In this document: positions 29,961-40,244 of the stretch, piece after piece
How positions within the stretch are numbered: position 1 is the first letter of the stretch
Layout of the letters: every line of letters begins with the position of its first letter
Virus record (IMG/VR): IMGVR_UViG_3300027756_000009
Span: 47-64,046 of that record
Length of the DNA stretch: 64,000 bases
DNA from: a virus
Lineage: Duplodnaviria; Caudoviricetes
Reading direction: 5' to 3' (one strand)
The notes under the pieces: generated by a model
Database searches by the model: none
The model's input: only the letters and a program-made list of their open reading frames with translations
Told to the model about the DNA's origin: nothing
Position numbers and translations under genes: made by a program

Positions 29961-30269
29961 ATGGACACTGAAGCCTTGGTTGCTCACGCACGAGCAAGAT
30001 TTGATCACGCAGCCGCTCGACGGGTGCTAAAAGAAAAGTACGAAGCACGTATGGTATTTGCTCACGCCGGAGGAATGTGGCGAGCAGGACCAGACCTTTT
30101 GACCACACTGTTGGCCTGCGCACAAGACAAGGATGTGGTGATATTGGACTTGTACGAAACTCCAGTACAAATCACTGTGACTGAATTGTTTGCCCTGGCA
30201 CATGAACGCTGGCAAGAGCAAATGAACGCATGGAAAGTAGAATGGGACCAGCTAAGCCAACGTCGTTGA
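29961..30269 (+). CDS. hypothetical protein
   Basis: 102-aa ORF after promoter; stop overlaps TTG start of next gene. Confidence 0.6.
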   Translation: MDTEALVAHARARFDHAAARRVLKEKYEARMVFAHAGGMWRAGPDLLTTLLACAQDKDVVILDLYETPVQITVTELFALAHERWQEQMNAWKVEWDQLSQRR

Positions 30270-31060
30270 CTCAAGGTGTTATAATCTTTGCATTCAACAA
30301 TGAATCTACGAATTACATTGCCATAGCAGCATGGAGTGCTCGGAACATTCGCAGGCACCTGAACTTGCCTGTGGCCGTGGTCACAGACGATCCTGCAGCC
30401 GCTGCACAGTACAAATTTGAACATATCATTGTCACAGCACCAGACACTGGTGGAACCAGACACTTTGCGGACTACGGTACCACAGTGACCTGGCACAATG
30501 CTGGACGCATCAATGCGTACGAACTGTCACCGTTTGATCAAACCATAGTGTTGGATGCTGACTATGTGGTAGCCGGCAATAAGTTACTAGACATGCTGAA
30601 AATACCGCAACAATTTGCAGCCTTTCGGGATGCATTTGATCCCAGCAATATGACTATGATTGACACATTTGGTGAGTATCGAATGCCCATGTGGTGGGCC
30701 ACTGTGATGATGTTCCGTCGTGGCACAGTGAGTCAATATATATTTGATTCAATGCAAATGATACGCAACAACTGGCAACACTACCGGGACTTGTACGGCA
30801 TTCATCAAAGCAACTATCGCAATGACTATGCCCTGAGCATGGCCCTTGGCCTGGTAGCCGGTGCTGAACAATCAGTTCATCAAATATATTGGCCCATGCT
30901 CAATGTCATGCCAGATCATGGGCTGACTTGTGTTGAACAAGATCATTATGAAGTCACGTACACCAACTCTAAAGGTCATATCAAAACTTTGAGTTGGGCT
31001 GGACTAGATTTTCATGCCATGTGTAAACGGCACCTGGAGGTGATAGTTGCAGCCCATTGA
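30266..31060 (+). CDS. GT-A-type glycosyltransferase-like protein
   Basis: Likely TTG start at 30266 (TTGA coupling); GVIIFA.N....Y...A...A..I, YELSPFDQTIVLDADY (DxD). Confidence 0.55.
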   Translation: MTQGVIIFAFNNESTNYIAIAAWSARNIRRHLNLPVAVVTDDPAAAAQYKFEHIIVTAPDTGGTRHFADYGTTVTWHNAGRINAYELSPFDQTIVLDADYVVAGNKLLDMLKIPQQFAAFRDAFDPSNMTMIDTFGEYRMPMWWATVMMFRRGTVSQYIFDSMQMIRNNWQHYRDLYGIHQSNYRNDYALSMALGLVAGAEQSVHQIYWPMLNVMPDHGLTCVEQDHYEVTYTNSKGHIKTLSWAGLDFHAMCKRHLEVIVAAH

Positions 31061-31814
31061 TGAACAAGGTTACTTAATTGTTGCTGTCAACAGCGACACA
31101 GTTGACTATCTTGACTGTGCCAGAACCTTGGCCAAGACCATACGCTACTGGGATCCGTCAGCACGTATCTGCCTGGTCACAGACAGCCCCTACACTGATC
31201 CCTTGTACGATCACCACAGACAACTTGTGCCGCAGGCCAATCCCTATGCCAACGATGCACAACTGTTTAAACTCACACCATTTCGTGAAACCATCAAACT
31301 GGAAGCAGACATGTGGATTGTGAGTCCTATTGCTCATTGGTGGGATCAGTTTAGACATCGTGATGTTGTGATATCAACCGGCTGTAGAGACTGGCAGGGT
31401 CGTGTGAGCACAGCAAGAAACTACAGACGAGTGTTTGATATGAACCACTTGCCAGACGTGTACAACGCGGTGACCTACTGGCGGCGTAGCGAAACCGCTC
31501 GGGAGTTCTTTGGCTGGGTAGGCAACATATTTTCCGACTGGGCAGAGTTTAAAAAACTCATAAAATTTCCGGATGAAACACCGTCGACTGACCTGGTGTA
31601 TGCCATAGCAGCTCAAATCATGGGACCCGAGCGTGTGACCATGCCATTCAGCACATACCCCAAGATTGTGCATATGAAACGACATATTGCAGGTACTGCC
31701 ACTGAACGCTGGCCCGAAGAACTGGTATGGGAATATCAGGATCTGCGACTGCGCATACAAACCGTGGCACAGACAGGTGCGTTTCATTACAATGCTAAAG
31801 ATTGGCGAGCATGA
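31047..31814 (+). CDS. GT-A-type glycosyltransferase-like paralog
   Basis: GYLIVA.N....Y...A..LA.TI, LTPFRETIKLEADM (ExD variant); clearly similar to upstream gene. Confidence 0.5.
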   Translation: MQPIDEQGYLIVAVNSDTVDYLDCARTLAKTIRYWDPSARICLVTDSPYTDPLYDHHRQLVPQANPYANDAQLFKLTPFRETIKLEADMWIVSPIAHWWDQFRHRDVVISTGCRDWQGRVSTARNYRRVFDMNHLPDVYNAVTYWRRSETAREFFGWVGNIFSDWAEFKKLIKFPDETPSTDLVYAIAAQIMGPERVTMPFSTYPKIVHMKRHIAGTATERWPEELVWEYQDLRLRIQTVAQTGAFHYNAKDWRA

Positions 31815-32146
31815 CACCTGAAGAATTTTGGTCCATATTGCACAATACACCAGAACCCCAGCCAGTGTTTTATCGCTTGTATCATGATGATCAAGGACAC
31901 CCGCTATTCTACAGCATGGCAGACGAACCTGGTACATACATTGAGATCAGCCAAGAACAATACCATACCAATGCCTCCAATGTGCGTGTGCGCGACGGCC
32001 GATTGGTAGAGGTAACATGGTTGACCACAACAAAATTGGTCCCTGGCAACTGTGGCACACCTTGTCATCCTAACAATGTCGCTGTAATCGTTGCTGAGGA
32101 TCAACCCCATATTCGCTGGAGTAAAAAAACATATGAATCAAATTGA
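31811..32146 (+). CDS. hypothetical protein
   Basis: ATGA-coupled start at 31811 (MTPEEFW...YRLYHDDQG.PLFYS). Confidence 0.55.
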   Translation: MTPEEFWSILHNTPEPQPVFYRLYHDDQGHPLFYSMADEPGTYIEISQEQYHTNASNVRVRDGRLVEVTWLTTTKLVPGNCGTPCHPNNVAVIVAEDQPHIRWSKKTYESN

Positions 32147-33059
32147 CATTGCAGATCTAGACTGTGTGTATCTCAGTTATGACGAACCTGAAAAAGAAGA
32201 GTTCTGGGTGCGTATCAAAAACATGGTGCCCTGGGCTGTTAGAGTGGACGGCGTCAAAGGGTCAGACGCTGCACACAAAGCCGCTGCTGCTGCCAGCACC
32301 ACCGAGCGTTTTATCCTGATCGACGGCGATAACATTCCCGATGCTAGTTTCTTCAATCAAACACTGACATTTAGCACACCAGACTGGACGCAGGCAGTGT
32401 TTCGTTGGCGTGCCCGCAATCACATCAACGGACTCATGTACGGCAATGGTGGCCTGAGTTCATGGACACGAGAGTTTGTGTTCAACATGCGCACACACGA
32501 AGCCACCGACGGGCGTACAGAAACCGAAGTGGAATTTTGTTTTGACCCCATGTACTGGCCCATGTACGATTGTTACTCAACCACATATCCCAATGGGTCG
32601 GCATTTCAAGCCTGGCGTGCCGGCTTCCGTGAAGGTGTAAAGATGTGCCTGAACAAAGGCGCACGACCCACAGTAGAACAATTCCAAGTGCAAGTACACC
32701 AACGCAACTTGGATCACCTGACCATATGGCACAACATTGGTGCTGACGTCAACAACGGCCACTGGGCCATGGCCGGCGCCAGACAAGGCACTTATATGAC
32801 CATGCTCACAAACTGGGATCATCGGCTGGTACAAGACTTTGATGCCCTGGCTGAACTTTGGAACACAGTCAAAGATTCAGACCCCAGACTGCTGGGCGGG
32901 CGTGTGTCCGAAGAGTTACATGGGCAATTGAACCTGCCCATGGCCATATTCGAAGCGGAACAGAGTCAATTTTTCAAACAGCACTATCGGTCAAACTGGT
33001 CAAATCGTGGTATCATGGTGCGAGAGATTGATGTGATCCGCCAACAAGAAGGTTGGTAA
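32133..33059 (+). CDS. GT-A-type glycosyltransferase-like protein
   Basis: DCVYLSYDEP, RVDGVKG.DAAHKAAA, F.LIDGDN (DxD), NGL.YGNGG, AWRAGFREG.K; ATG at 32133. Confidence 0.6.
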   Translation: MNQIDIADLDCVYLSYDEPEKEEFWVRIKNMVPWAVRVDGVKGSDAAHKAAAAASTTERFILIDGDNIPDASFFNQTLTFSTPDWTQAVFRWRARNHINGLMYGNGGLSSWTREFVFNMRTHEATDGRTETEVEFCFDPMYWPMYDCYSTTYPNGSAFQAWRAGFREGVKMCLNKGARPTVEQFQVQVHQRNLDHLTIWHNIGADVNNGHWAMAGARQGTYMTMLTNWDHRLVQDFDALAELWNTVKDSDPRLLGGRVSEELHGQLNLPMAIFEAEQSQFFKQHYRSNWSNRGIMVREIDVIRQQEGW

Positions 33060-33994
33060 TGTATATTTTAGGGTGTACAAGTGATCGCATATGGAATATT
33101 ACAGCATTAATTCAATATCTTATGCAGCATCAACACAAACAAATTATCATTGACATTCAGCCAGAAGCTATATGTTTGCATAATCTTGGATTGTATAAAA
33201 TATTGGATTGTTTTGAGTTTGAATCAGTACATATAAAAACGTGGAACCCATTAGAAACTCATACTCAATATACCATTGTTCACAAAGGTAAAGACTTTTG
33301 GTTTGATCACCAAGCTTCTATAACTGATCTACAACGTGAATACACCGGCGAAAAAACTTTTTTATGTTTGTATCATAGACCCACTGCAGGGAGATTGGCA
33401 TTGGCAGGATATTTACAGCAATACCATGCTGAATCAAGTCTTATACATTTTAGTGCCAGTGTGACTGATAATAACCTTGTGCAATTTGAGTTTGATAAAT
33501 TATTATCATGGAACTTGCTCAGTGTAGAATCAGCAAGTAAATTGTTACCCAAGTTGCCTATCTTATTGTCACCGCAAGATCAATACACAAGCACTCAGGG
33601 GTATTTTTACAATGATCCATTGACTGAGTTGTACCGTGACATTTTGGTTGATGTAGTAGTAGAAAGTCATGTGATTGGCAACACGTTTTTTCCTACAGAA
33701 AAAACAGTGAGACCCATGCTGTTAGGAAAACCGTTTTTGGCTTTTGCCAGTGTAAACTATTTGGCTTATCTTAGACAAATGGGATTCAGAACCTTTGCTG
33801 ATTTTTGGTCTGAAGATTATGATGGCTACGAAGGCGGAGAAAGATTGTTAAGAATATTAGCAGTAATAGATGAAATATCTGCCATGACGCTTGGCCAGAG
33901 AGAAACAATGTTTTGGGACATGCAATACACTCTGCAACATAATCGTCAGATACTATCACAACAATCTTGGAACAATACCATTGCAAAAATATGA
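33059..33994 (+). CDS. TEK-motif protein 1 (GT-B/GT10-like C-terminal domain)
   Basis: DVVVES...FPTEKT.RP.LLGKPF......YL..GF.TF..FWSEDYD; TAATG coupling; visibly AT-richer than neighbours. Confidence 0.5.
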   Translation: MYILGCTSDRIWNITALIQYLMQHQHKQIIIDIQPEAICLHNLGLYKILDCFEFESVHIKTWNPLETHTQYTIVHKGKDFWFDHQASITDLQREYTGEKTFLCLYHRPTAGRLALAGYLQQYHAESSLIHFSASVTDNNLVQFEFDKLLSWNLLSVESASKLLPKLPILLSPQDQYTSTQGYFYNDPLTELYRDILVDVVVESHVIGNTFFPTEKTVRPMLLGKPFLAFASVNYLAYLRQMGFRTFADFWSEDYDGYEGGERLLRILAVIDEISAMTLGQRETMFWDMQYTLQHNRQILSQQSWNNTIAKI

Positions 33995-35388
33995 ACAAAG
34001 GTGACGAGTCAGTAGACAACAAGAGTAAATTTCTCAGCTCTGCTGAGCAAATGAAACAGCAACTGGGCCCTGCACTTTGCTTGGCCAAATGGAAACAGGT
34101 TAGCTTGCATTTGACCACGGGCATGAACAACTCATGCTATCATCCACCACTACATGCCATCAATCCGGACGAAATCAAGATAGATGTTTCGGCATTACAC
34201 AACACAAATTATAAAAAACAGCAACGCCGGATGATGCTGGCAGGGGAGAAACCTACAGAATGCCAATACTGCTGGAATATGGAAAATGAAGGCAAACTTA
34301 GTGATCGTCACTATCGATCAGGTGAGCCCTGGGCCGCAGTGGATTTTGAATCAATAAAGAACAGCACAGGAGAAGAAGATGTCGTTCCCAGTTATGTTGA
34401 AGTTAATTTTAATCACGCTTGCAATCTGCGGTGTAGTTATTGCAGCCCTCAGTTTAGCAGTTCATGGGCAGATGAAGTCGCTAGACATGGAGCATATCCT
34501 ACCCTGGTGCCTCATAATGCTCCTGAGCATTTTGCTGGCAGTCGCCGTGCTATTCCCGTTCGAGAATCAAACCCTTATGTTGAGGCCTTCTGGCAATGGT
34601 GGCCTGAACTGTATCCACACCTAGAACATTTCCGCATGACTGGTGGTGAGCCACTCATGGATAAAAATACCTATCGGGTGTTTGATTATGTGTTGGCCAA
34701 CCCCAGTCCCCGACTGCATTTGAATGTGACCAGCAACTTTTCAGTAGATGAAAAATCCTGGCAAAAGTACCTGGCATATGTAAAACAAATATGCGACGGG
34801 CGCATTGAACACTTTATGCAGTATGTGAGCCTGGATGGCTGGGGTGAACAAGCAGAGTACATGCGTGACGGTCTAGACTTTGATCTGCTGTGGGATCGAG
34901 TAAATCAATTTCTTACACAAGTGCCCAACTACTCAAGTCTCACATTCATCATTACCATGAACAATCTCAGTGTGACCAGTTTGGACAAATTGTTTGCCGG
35001 CATACTGGGCCTGCGCAAGGTGTATAGCCATACATATCAACGTGTGTGGTTCGACACCCCTGTGCTGCGTGAACCTGCCTGGCAGAGCCTACAAATCTTG
35101 CCTGAGAGTTATGCAGAAAAACTGGAATGGTTGTGGGCCTGGATGGTGCGTCAAATTGAAACAGAAGAGGCACCGTTCAAGGGATTCAAAGACTATGAAC
35201 TGCACAGACTGGACCGTGACATTGCCTGGATGAGAGCAGCGCAGTTGACCGATCACTCTCGAGCCCGAGCAGATTTTTACCGTTTCTTTAGCGAGCATGA
35301 TCGAAGACGTGGCACAAACTTTTTGAAGACATTCCCTGAGATGCGAGCCTGGTGGGAGGAGTGCGCATATCATGCTCGGCAAGCATAA
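33991..35388 (+). CDS. radical SAM protein 1 with N-terminal SPASM/twitch-like Cys cluster
   Basis: CNLRCSYC, TGGEPL; N-terminal CLAKW..SCYHP..CQYCW; ATGA-coupled start 33991. Confidence 0.85.
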   Translation: MNKGDESVDNKSKFLSSAEQMKQQLGPALCLAKWKQVSLHLTTGMNNSCYHPPLHAINPDEIKIDVSALHNTNYKKQQRRMMLAGEKPTECQYCWNMENEGKLSDRHYRSGEPWAAVDFESIKNSTGEEDVVPSYVEVNFNHACNLRCSYCSPQFSSSWADEVARHGAYPTLVPHNAPEHFAGSRRAIPVRESNPYVEAFWQWWPELYPHLEHFRMTGGEPLMDKNTYRVFDYVLANPSPRLHLNVTSNFSVDEKSWQKYLAYVKQICDGRIEHFMQYVSLDGWGEQAEYMRDGLDFDLLWDRVNQFLTQVPNYSSLTFIITMNNLSVTSLDKLFAGILGLRKVYSHTYQRVWFDTPVLREPAWQSLQILPESYAEKLEWLWAWMVRQIETEEAPFKGFKDYELHRLDRDIAWMRAAQLTDHSRARADFYRFFSEHDRRRGTNFLKTFPEMRAWWEECAYHARQA

Positions 35389-36475
35389 AATCATTGTGGA
35401 TGAGTGGGCAGAAGTATGGGACCTGCTCAAGCCCTATGCAGATGAGAGCTTTTGGCAATGGCCTGCAGAACTAGATCCTGAAGTGGTATACATAGTAGGT
35501 AGAGTTGTGTTAAAAGAAAACTGGCAGGCCATAACTGACTGGGCCACACAGCATCCTGGACATGTTGTGTTTTCCAATCCTGCCGAAGGCAGTGAAACAA
35601 TACTATTACAACTGCGTAGACTGCTAATAGCAGACTATGTACGTGATGGCCGTATCGGGCTACTGACATCTGGTAACCTAGAACCAGGATGGAACTATTG
35701 CCGAACAGACAGTTACTTTTCCAACATTGTGGAGTATTTGGAAAATCTTGATGCTGCTGGCCACAATGTACAAGGCCGGGACAAGCCCTATGATTTCCTA
35801 TTTTTAAATGGCCGTCTGCGTCCACACCGCAAGTATTTGATAGATGCATTTAGAGGCCGTGACTTGTTGGATCGTGCGCTATGGACCAATCTTGGTGATC
35901 GTGTGGAGATGACCTGGACCAGTCGATTACACACTCAACTGGACGAACCCATTAGATTGCTGCCTGCACAGTACGAAATTGCCCGTGCAGTGCCTAACAT
36001 GGACACAGTGCCCGAGGGATTTGTCAAACATCATCTGTTTGGTCATACCTGGGGTGATGCCATTGTAAACCCATTGGCCTATGTAGACACTTGTTTCAGT
36101 GTGGTAACAGAAACCATATTTGACTACCCGCACACCTTTCGCACAGAAAAGATCTGGAAGCCAATGATCATGTGTCATCCATTTGTGGCAGCTGCCAATG
36201 CAGGTTACTACAGAGATTTACACGCAGCAGGATTCCGCACATTTGGGCACCTGATTGATGAATCATTTGATTCAATAGATGACCCCGCAGATCGTGCCAA
36301 TAGAATAGTTGACGTTGTAGCAGATATATGTTACAATAGTGCTTCCAGTTTCTTAAAGTCAGCCGAAGACATTTGTAAATACAATTACCAACATCTTCGT
36401 GAGCACAATGCTCGTGAACGTGCAGAACTTCCTGACCGATTAACCCAATACATCAATGAACGATTTAGAATTTAA
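35372..36475 (+). CDS. TEK-motif protein 2
   Basis: FLFLNGR.RPHR, FSVVTET...F.TEKIWKP....HPF...GF.TF..LIDESFD. Confidence 0.5.
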   Translation: MLGKHKIIVDEWAEVWDLLKPYADESFWQWPAELDPEVVYIVGRVVLKENWQAITDWATQHPGHVVFSNPAEGSETILLQLRRLLIADYVRDGRIGLLTSGNLEPGWNYCRTDSYFSNIVEYLENLDAAGHNVQGRDKPYDFLFLNGRLRPHRKYLIDAFRGRDLLDRALWTNLGDRVEMTWTSRLHTQLDEPIRLLPAQYEIARAVPNMDTVPEGFVKHHLFGHTWGDAIVNPLAYVDTCFSVVTETIFDYPHTFRTEKIWKPMIMCHPFVAAANAGYYRDLHAAGFRTFGHLIDESFDSIDDPADRANRIVDVVADICYNSASSFLKSAEDICKYNYQHLREHNARERAELPDRLTQYINERFRI

Positions 36476-37808
36476 ACAGCAAGTGTTGGACCCTGTGTCC
36501 TCAAGTTTTTGTGCAGCGAAATGGTACAATGCTACCATTTGGTTAGGAAGTGGGCAGACCACAAGTTGCCATCACCCGCCAGCTCATTTGGTGGACCGTG
36601 AAAAAGTTCAACTCAACTCTAGGCTGCTGCACAATACCGATCAAAAGAAGGCGGACCGTCGCAAGATGTTGTCTGGCGAACGTCCCTCAGGTTGTGAGTA
36701 CTGCTGGAAGATCGAAGACATGCACACCGATGCTGTGAGCGATCGTGTGTACAAAAGTAAAATTTATCCCATAGAGGCCCTGAATGAAGCTGTTAAAACT
36801 CCCATTGAACATGATGTCAATCTTAGAACGCTGGAAATCAGTTTCGATCGCACTTGTCAATTTGCTTGTTCTTATTGCAATCCTGCTTTTAGTTCCACTT
36901 GGGTCAATGATATCCGGAAAAATGGTGCTTATGTGGGACTGGTTAGCGATGGCAGGAACCATTTTACTCACACTCATGATAGTGCTCAACTTTATAAATT
37001 CGGTGAAGCTAATCCGTACGTAGAAGCCTTCTTTGAATGGTGGGAACGAGACCTACATCGAACCCTCCAAGAACTCCGAATAACCGGTGGTGAACCCTTG
37101 ATGTCAGGCTATACCTGGAAACTAATAGAGTGGTTCAAGACCAATCAAGGACGCAGTACCACACGACTGGCCATCAATTCAAATCTTGGCATTGACCTGG
37201 ACAAGATGAAAGAATTTGCTGTGTCAGTTGCCTCATTGCCCAAGGTGGATCTGTATACCTCTATGGAAGCAACATTCACACAGGCCGAATATATTAGAGA
37301 TGGCCTCGACTACGATCAATGGTTCAACAATGTGTTGTTTTTGTTGGAAGGCCGGTTTGTCAGTGCCGTGCATGTGATGTGTACCATCAATGCCTTGTGC
37401 TTGGACAGTCTGGTGAGCCACCTTGACATGATGTTGACATTGAAACAACGATATGGCCGTGATCAACTGAACTTTACATTGAACATTCTACGTTTCCCCA
37501 GTTTCCAAAGTGCATTGGTGCTGCCATACAATCTACGTAATGATTATAGATTGCAGTTGGAATCTTGGTTGTTCCGCAATCGTAACAATCCTTGTCTGCA
37601 CGAACACGAAATCAATCATGTACAACGCTTGATTGATTATCTGGATGTGGTCAAAACCCCGCACTCAGAAGCATTTGAAATGCCCAAGTTGTTGAATGAC
37701 TTTAAACAGTTTTACATACAGTATGATCAACGACGAGGTAAAGACTTTGCTCAGGCATTTCCCAAATTAAAAGAATGGTATGACTCGATACAAATACAAC
37801 AGCACTGA
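36456..37808 (+). CDS. radical SAM protein 2
   Basis: CQFACSYC, TGGEPL; N-terminal CAAKW..SCHHP..CEYCW; close paralog of rSAM 1. Confidence 0.85.
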   Translation: MNDLEFKQQVLDPVSSSFCAAKWYNATIWLGSGQTTSCHHPPAHLVDREKVQLNSRLLHNTDQKKADRRKMLSGERPSGCEYCWKIEDMHTDAVSDRVYKSKIYPIEALNEAVKTPIEHDVNLRTLEISFDRTCQFACSYCNPAFSSTWVNDIRKNGAYVGLVSDGRNHFTHTHDSAQLYKFGEANPYVEAFFEWWERDLHRTLQELRITGGEPLMSGYTWKLIEWFKTNQGRSTTRLAINSNLGIDLDKMKEFAVSVASLPKVDLYTSMEATFTQAEYIRDGLDYDQWFNNVLFLLEGRFVSAVHVMCTINALCLDSLVSHLDMMLTLKQRYGRDQLNFTLNILRFPSFQSALVLPYNLRNDYRLQLESWLFRNRNNPCLHEHEINHVQRLIDYLDVVKTPHSEAFEMPKLLNDFKQFYIQYDQRRGKDFAQAFPKLKEWYDSIQIQQH

Positions 37809-39042
37809 TCTGATTCGACCCACAGAACTCACAGAACGTGAGAAATTCTTGTTGACCGAATCAAAAACATTTTGCATATATCCATGGATACATCTACATG
37901 CCTATCCCACAGGCGAAGCATATCCCTGTTGCCATGCTGAAATGAAACCTGGTGTTGTGGGCAACTGTAGAACAAACACACTTGAAGAAATATGGCGTGA
38001 TACGCCCATGCAAAAACTGCGCACAGACATGCTGACGGAGACTCCGCATGCGGCCTGCACACGTTGTTATGAACAGGAAGAGTCAGGTTTCTTTTCAGGA
38101 CGCCGATCGGCCAACAAACATCACGGGCATCACATAAAAAAATTGGAAGAGAACCCATTTGAAATGACCTATTGGGATATACGTTTTAGTAACCTATGTA
38201 ACTTGAAATGTCGTTCATGCGGACACATCTTTAGCTCACAATGGTACCAGGATCAAGCCAAATTGGCCGGCGGAGATTGGAAGGATCGTAACACAGTTCT
38301 CAACTATGCAGGACGCACAGAAACAGACATGTGGTCGCAACTGAAGCCACATTTGGATTATGTAGAACAAATTTACTTTGCTGGCGGCGAACCCCTGTTG
38401 ATGGAAGAACATTATAACATTCTTGAAGAGCTGGTTCGTCGTGAAAGATTTGATGTGCGATTGATCTACAACACCAACTTCACGCATACGGAACTCAAGG
38501 GCAAAAGTGTGTTTGAATACTGGAAACAGTTTGATTCAGTGGCGGTGGGCGCGAGTCTTGACGACGCAGGTCCACGTGCAGAATACATTCGTAAAGGCAC
38601 AGACTGGACAGTGGTAGAAAACAACCGCCAAGAAATGTTGGCAATATGTCCTGATGTAGATTTTTATATTAGCCCAACCTTGAGCATAATGAATGCCTGG
38701 AGCATGATTGACTTTCATCAGGACTGGGTCAAAAAAGGTCTGATCAAACCACAAGATATCAATGTGAATATTTTACAAGATCCGCCACATTACAGAATTG
38801 ATATTGCACCAGTTGAATACAAAGAGCAGTTGGCAACAAAGTTTGCTGATCATATTGCCTGGTTGCAAGGTCACGACCCATTGCAACGTGCCACAACTGG
38901 TTTTGAAAGTGCTGTCAAGTTTATGATGGCCACAGACAACACACATCTAATTGATACATTTTGGCGCAAGACACATGAACTGGATTCAATTAGAAAAGAA
39001 AACATCTTGGATGTAATTCCAGAATTGGCAGCATTGAAATGA
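37780..39042 (+). CDS. radical SAM protein 3
   Basis: CNLKCRSC, AGGEPL; N-terminal CIYPW..PCC..CTRC. Confidence 0.85.
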   Translation: MTRYKYNSTDLIRPTELTEREKFLLTESKTFCIYPWIHLHAYPTGEAYPCCHAEMKPGVVGNCRTNTLEEIWRDTPMQKLRTDMLTETPHAACTRCYEQEESGFFSGRRSANKHHGHHIKKLEENPFEMTYWDIRFSNLCNLKCRSCGHIFSSQWYQDQAKLAGGDWKDRNTVLNYAGRTETDMWSQLKPHLDYVEQIYFAGGEPLLMEEHYNILEELVRRERFDVRLIYNTNFTHTELKGKSVFEYWKQFDSVAVGASLDDAGPRAEYIRKGTDWTVVENNRQEMLAICPDVDFYISPTLSIMNAWSMIDFHQDWVKKGLIKPQDINVNILQDPPHYRIDIAPVEYKEQLATKFADHIAWLQGHDPLQRATTGFESAVKFMMATDNTHLIDTFWRKTHELDSIRKENILDVIPELAALK

Positions 39043-40244
39043 ATATACCACACGATAAATTTTGTGTACTGCCTTGGGTCAGTATCGAAGCTTCACCAAT
39101 TGGCACAGTGCGTCCATGTTGTCTTGCTGATGATGAAATTCTGGACAATAACGGTAACAAGTTTGAGTTAAGCACTGCCAACTTTGCGGACATACAGAAC
39201 TCCAATCACATGCGAGAATTACGTGAACAATTTCTTGCGGGCAAAAAGCCACAAACATGTCGCAAATGTTGGAATGAAGAACGCGGTGGCCGTACCAGCA
39301 AACGCATGCACACCTTGGACCGACTCAAGCATTCGATTGCAGACACAGAATGGACCGCGGATGCCAAACCCATGATGTTCTTGGATTTGAAACTGGGCAA
39401 TATTTGTAATTTGAAATGCCGCATCTGTGGATCATGGTCAAGCAGTCAGTTTGCCACAGAAGAAATCAACCAGTTGCCACGTGAGCAACAAAAGTCCAGC
39501 CATGCATATCAAATGCTACGTGCCGGCGCCTGGCCTAGAGAGAATGAGCAGTTCTGGCAACAGATCGATTCGGTGCTGACAGACATTCGTTACATTGAAT
39601 TTACTGGCGGCGAACCATTCATGATCGACGAACACTTTGACATGTTGCAAGGCATTGTGGATCGTGGTATTGCACATCAAGTTGAAATACACTACAATAC
39701 AAATGGTACACAATATCCTGTACGTGGCGAAGCAATTTGGAAACATTTCAAAACTGTGGAAATTGCATTCAGCATTGATGACCTAGGCGCACGTTTTGAG
39801 TACCAACGCACCAATGCAGATTGGGCTGTGGTACTAGACAACATCACAAGTTTTCAGTATCTAAAAACTCAAATGCCCAACTTGCGGTTGCAATGCTGTA
39901 GTACTGTGAATGTGTTCAATGTGCGTTACATTGATCAACTGGCTCGTTGGATTGTGACCCAAGGTTTTGACTTTGTGTACTGGAACATGATGCACGATGC
40001 CTGGTACTTCAGTATTGCCACATTGCCAGACACTGCCAAGGCAGCAATCACAGAACATCTACGCTCAGCAGACGTGCCGCCTCAGTACCGTGAAGAGTTT
40101 GACCGCATTGTGGACTTCATGAATACAGGTGCGTCAACAGATGGATTTATGTTGCGTATGAAAATTGCAGACTTGGATCGTAAACGCAATCAAAACTTAC
40201 GCACAGTTGAACCCGAATTTGCTGACTTGATTGATTACCAATGA
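39039..40244 (+). CDS. radical SAM protein 4
   Basis: CNLKCRIC, TGGEPF; N-terminal CVLPW..PCC..CRKC. Confidence 0.85.
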   Translation: MNIPHDKFCVLPWVSIEASPIGTVRPCCLADDEILDNNGNKFELSTANFADIQNSNHMRELREQFLAGKKPQTCRKCWNEERGGRTSKRMHTLDRLKHSIADTEWTADAKPMMFLDLKLGNICNLKCRICGSWSSSQFATEEINQLPREQQKSSHAYQMLRAGAWPRENEQFWQQIDSVLTDIRYIEFTGGEPFMIDEHFDMLQGIVDRGIAHQVEIHYNTNGTQYPVRGEAIWKHFKTVEIAFSIDDLGARFEYQRTNADWAVVLDNITSFQYLKTQMPNLRLQCCSTVNVFNVRYIDQLARWIVTQGFDFVYWNMMHDAWYFSIATLPDTAKAAITEHLRSADVPPQYREEFDRIVDFMNTGASTDGFMLRMKIADLDRKRNQNLRTVEPEFADLIDYQ

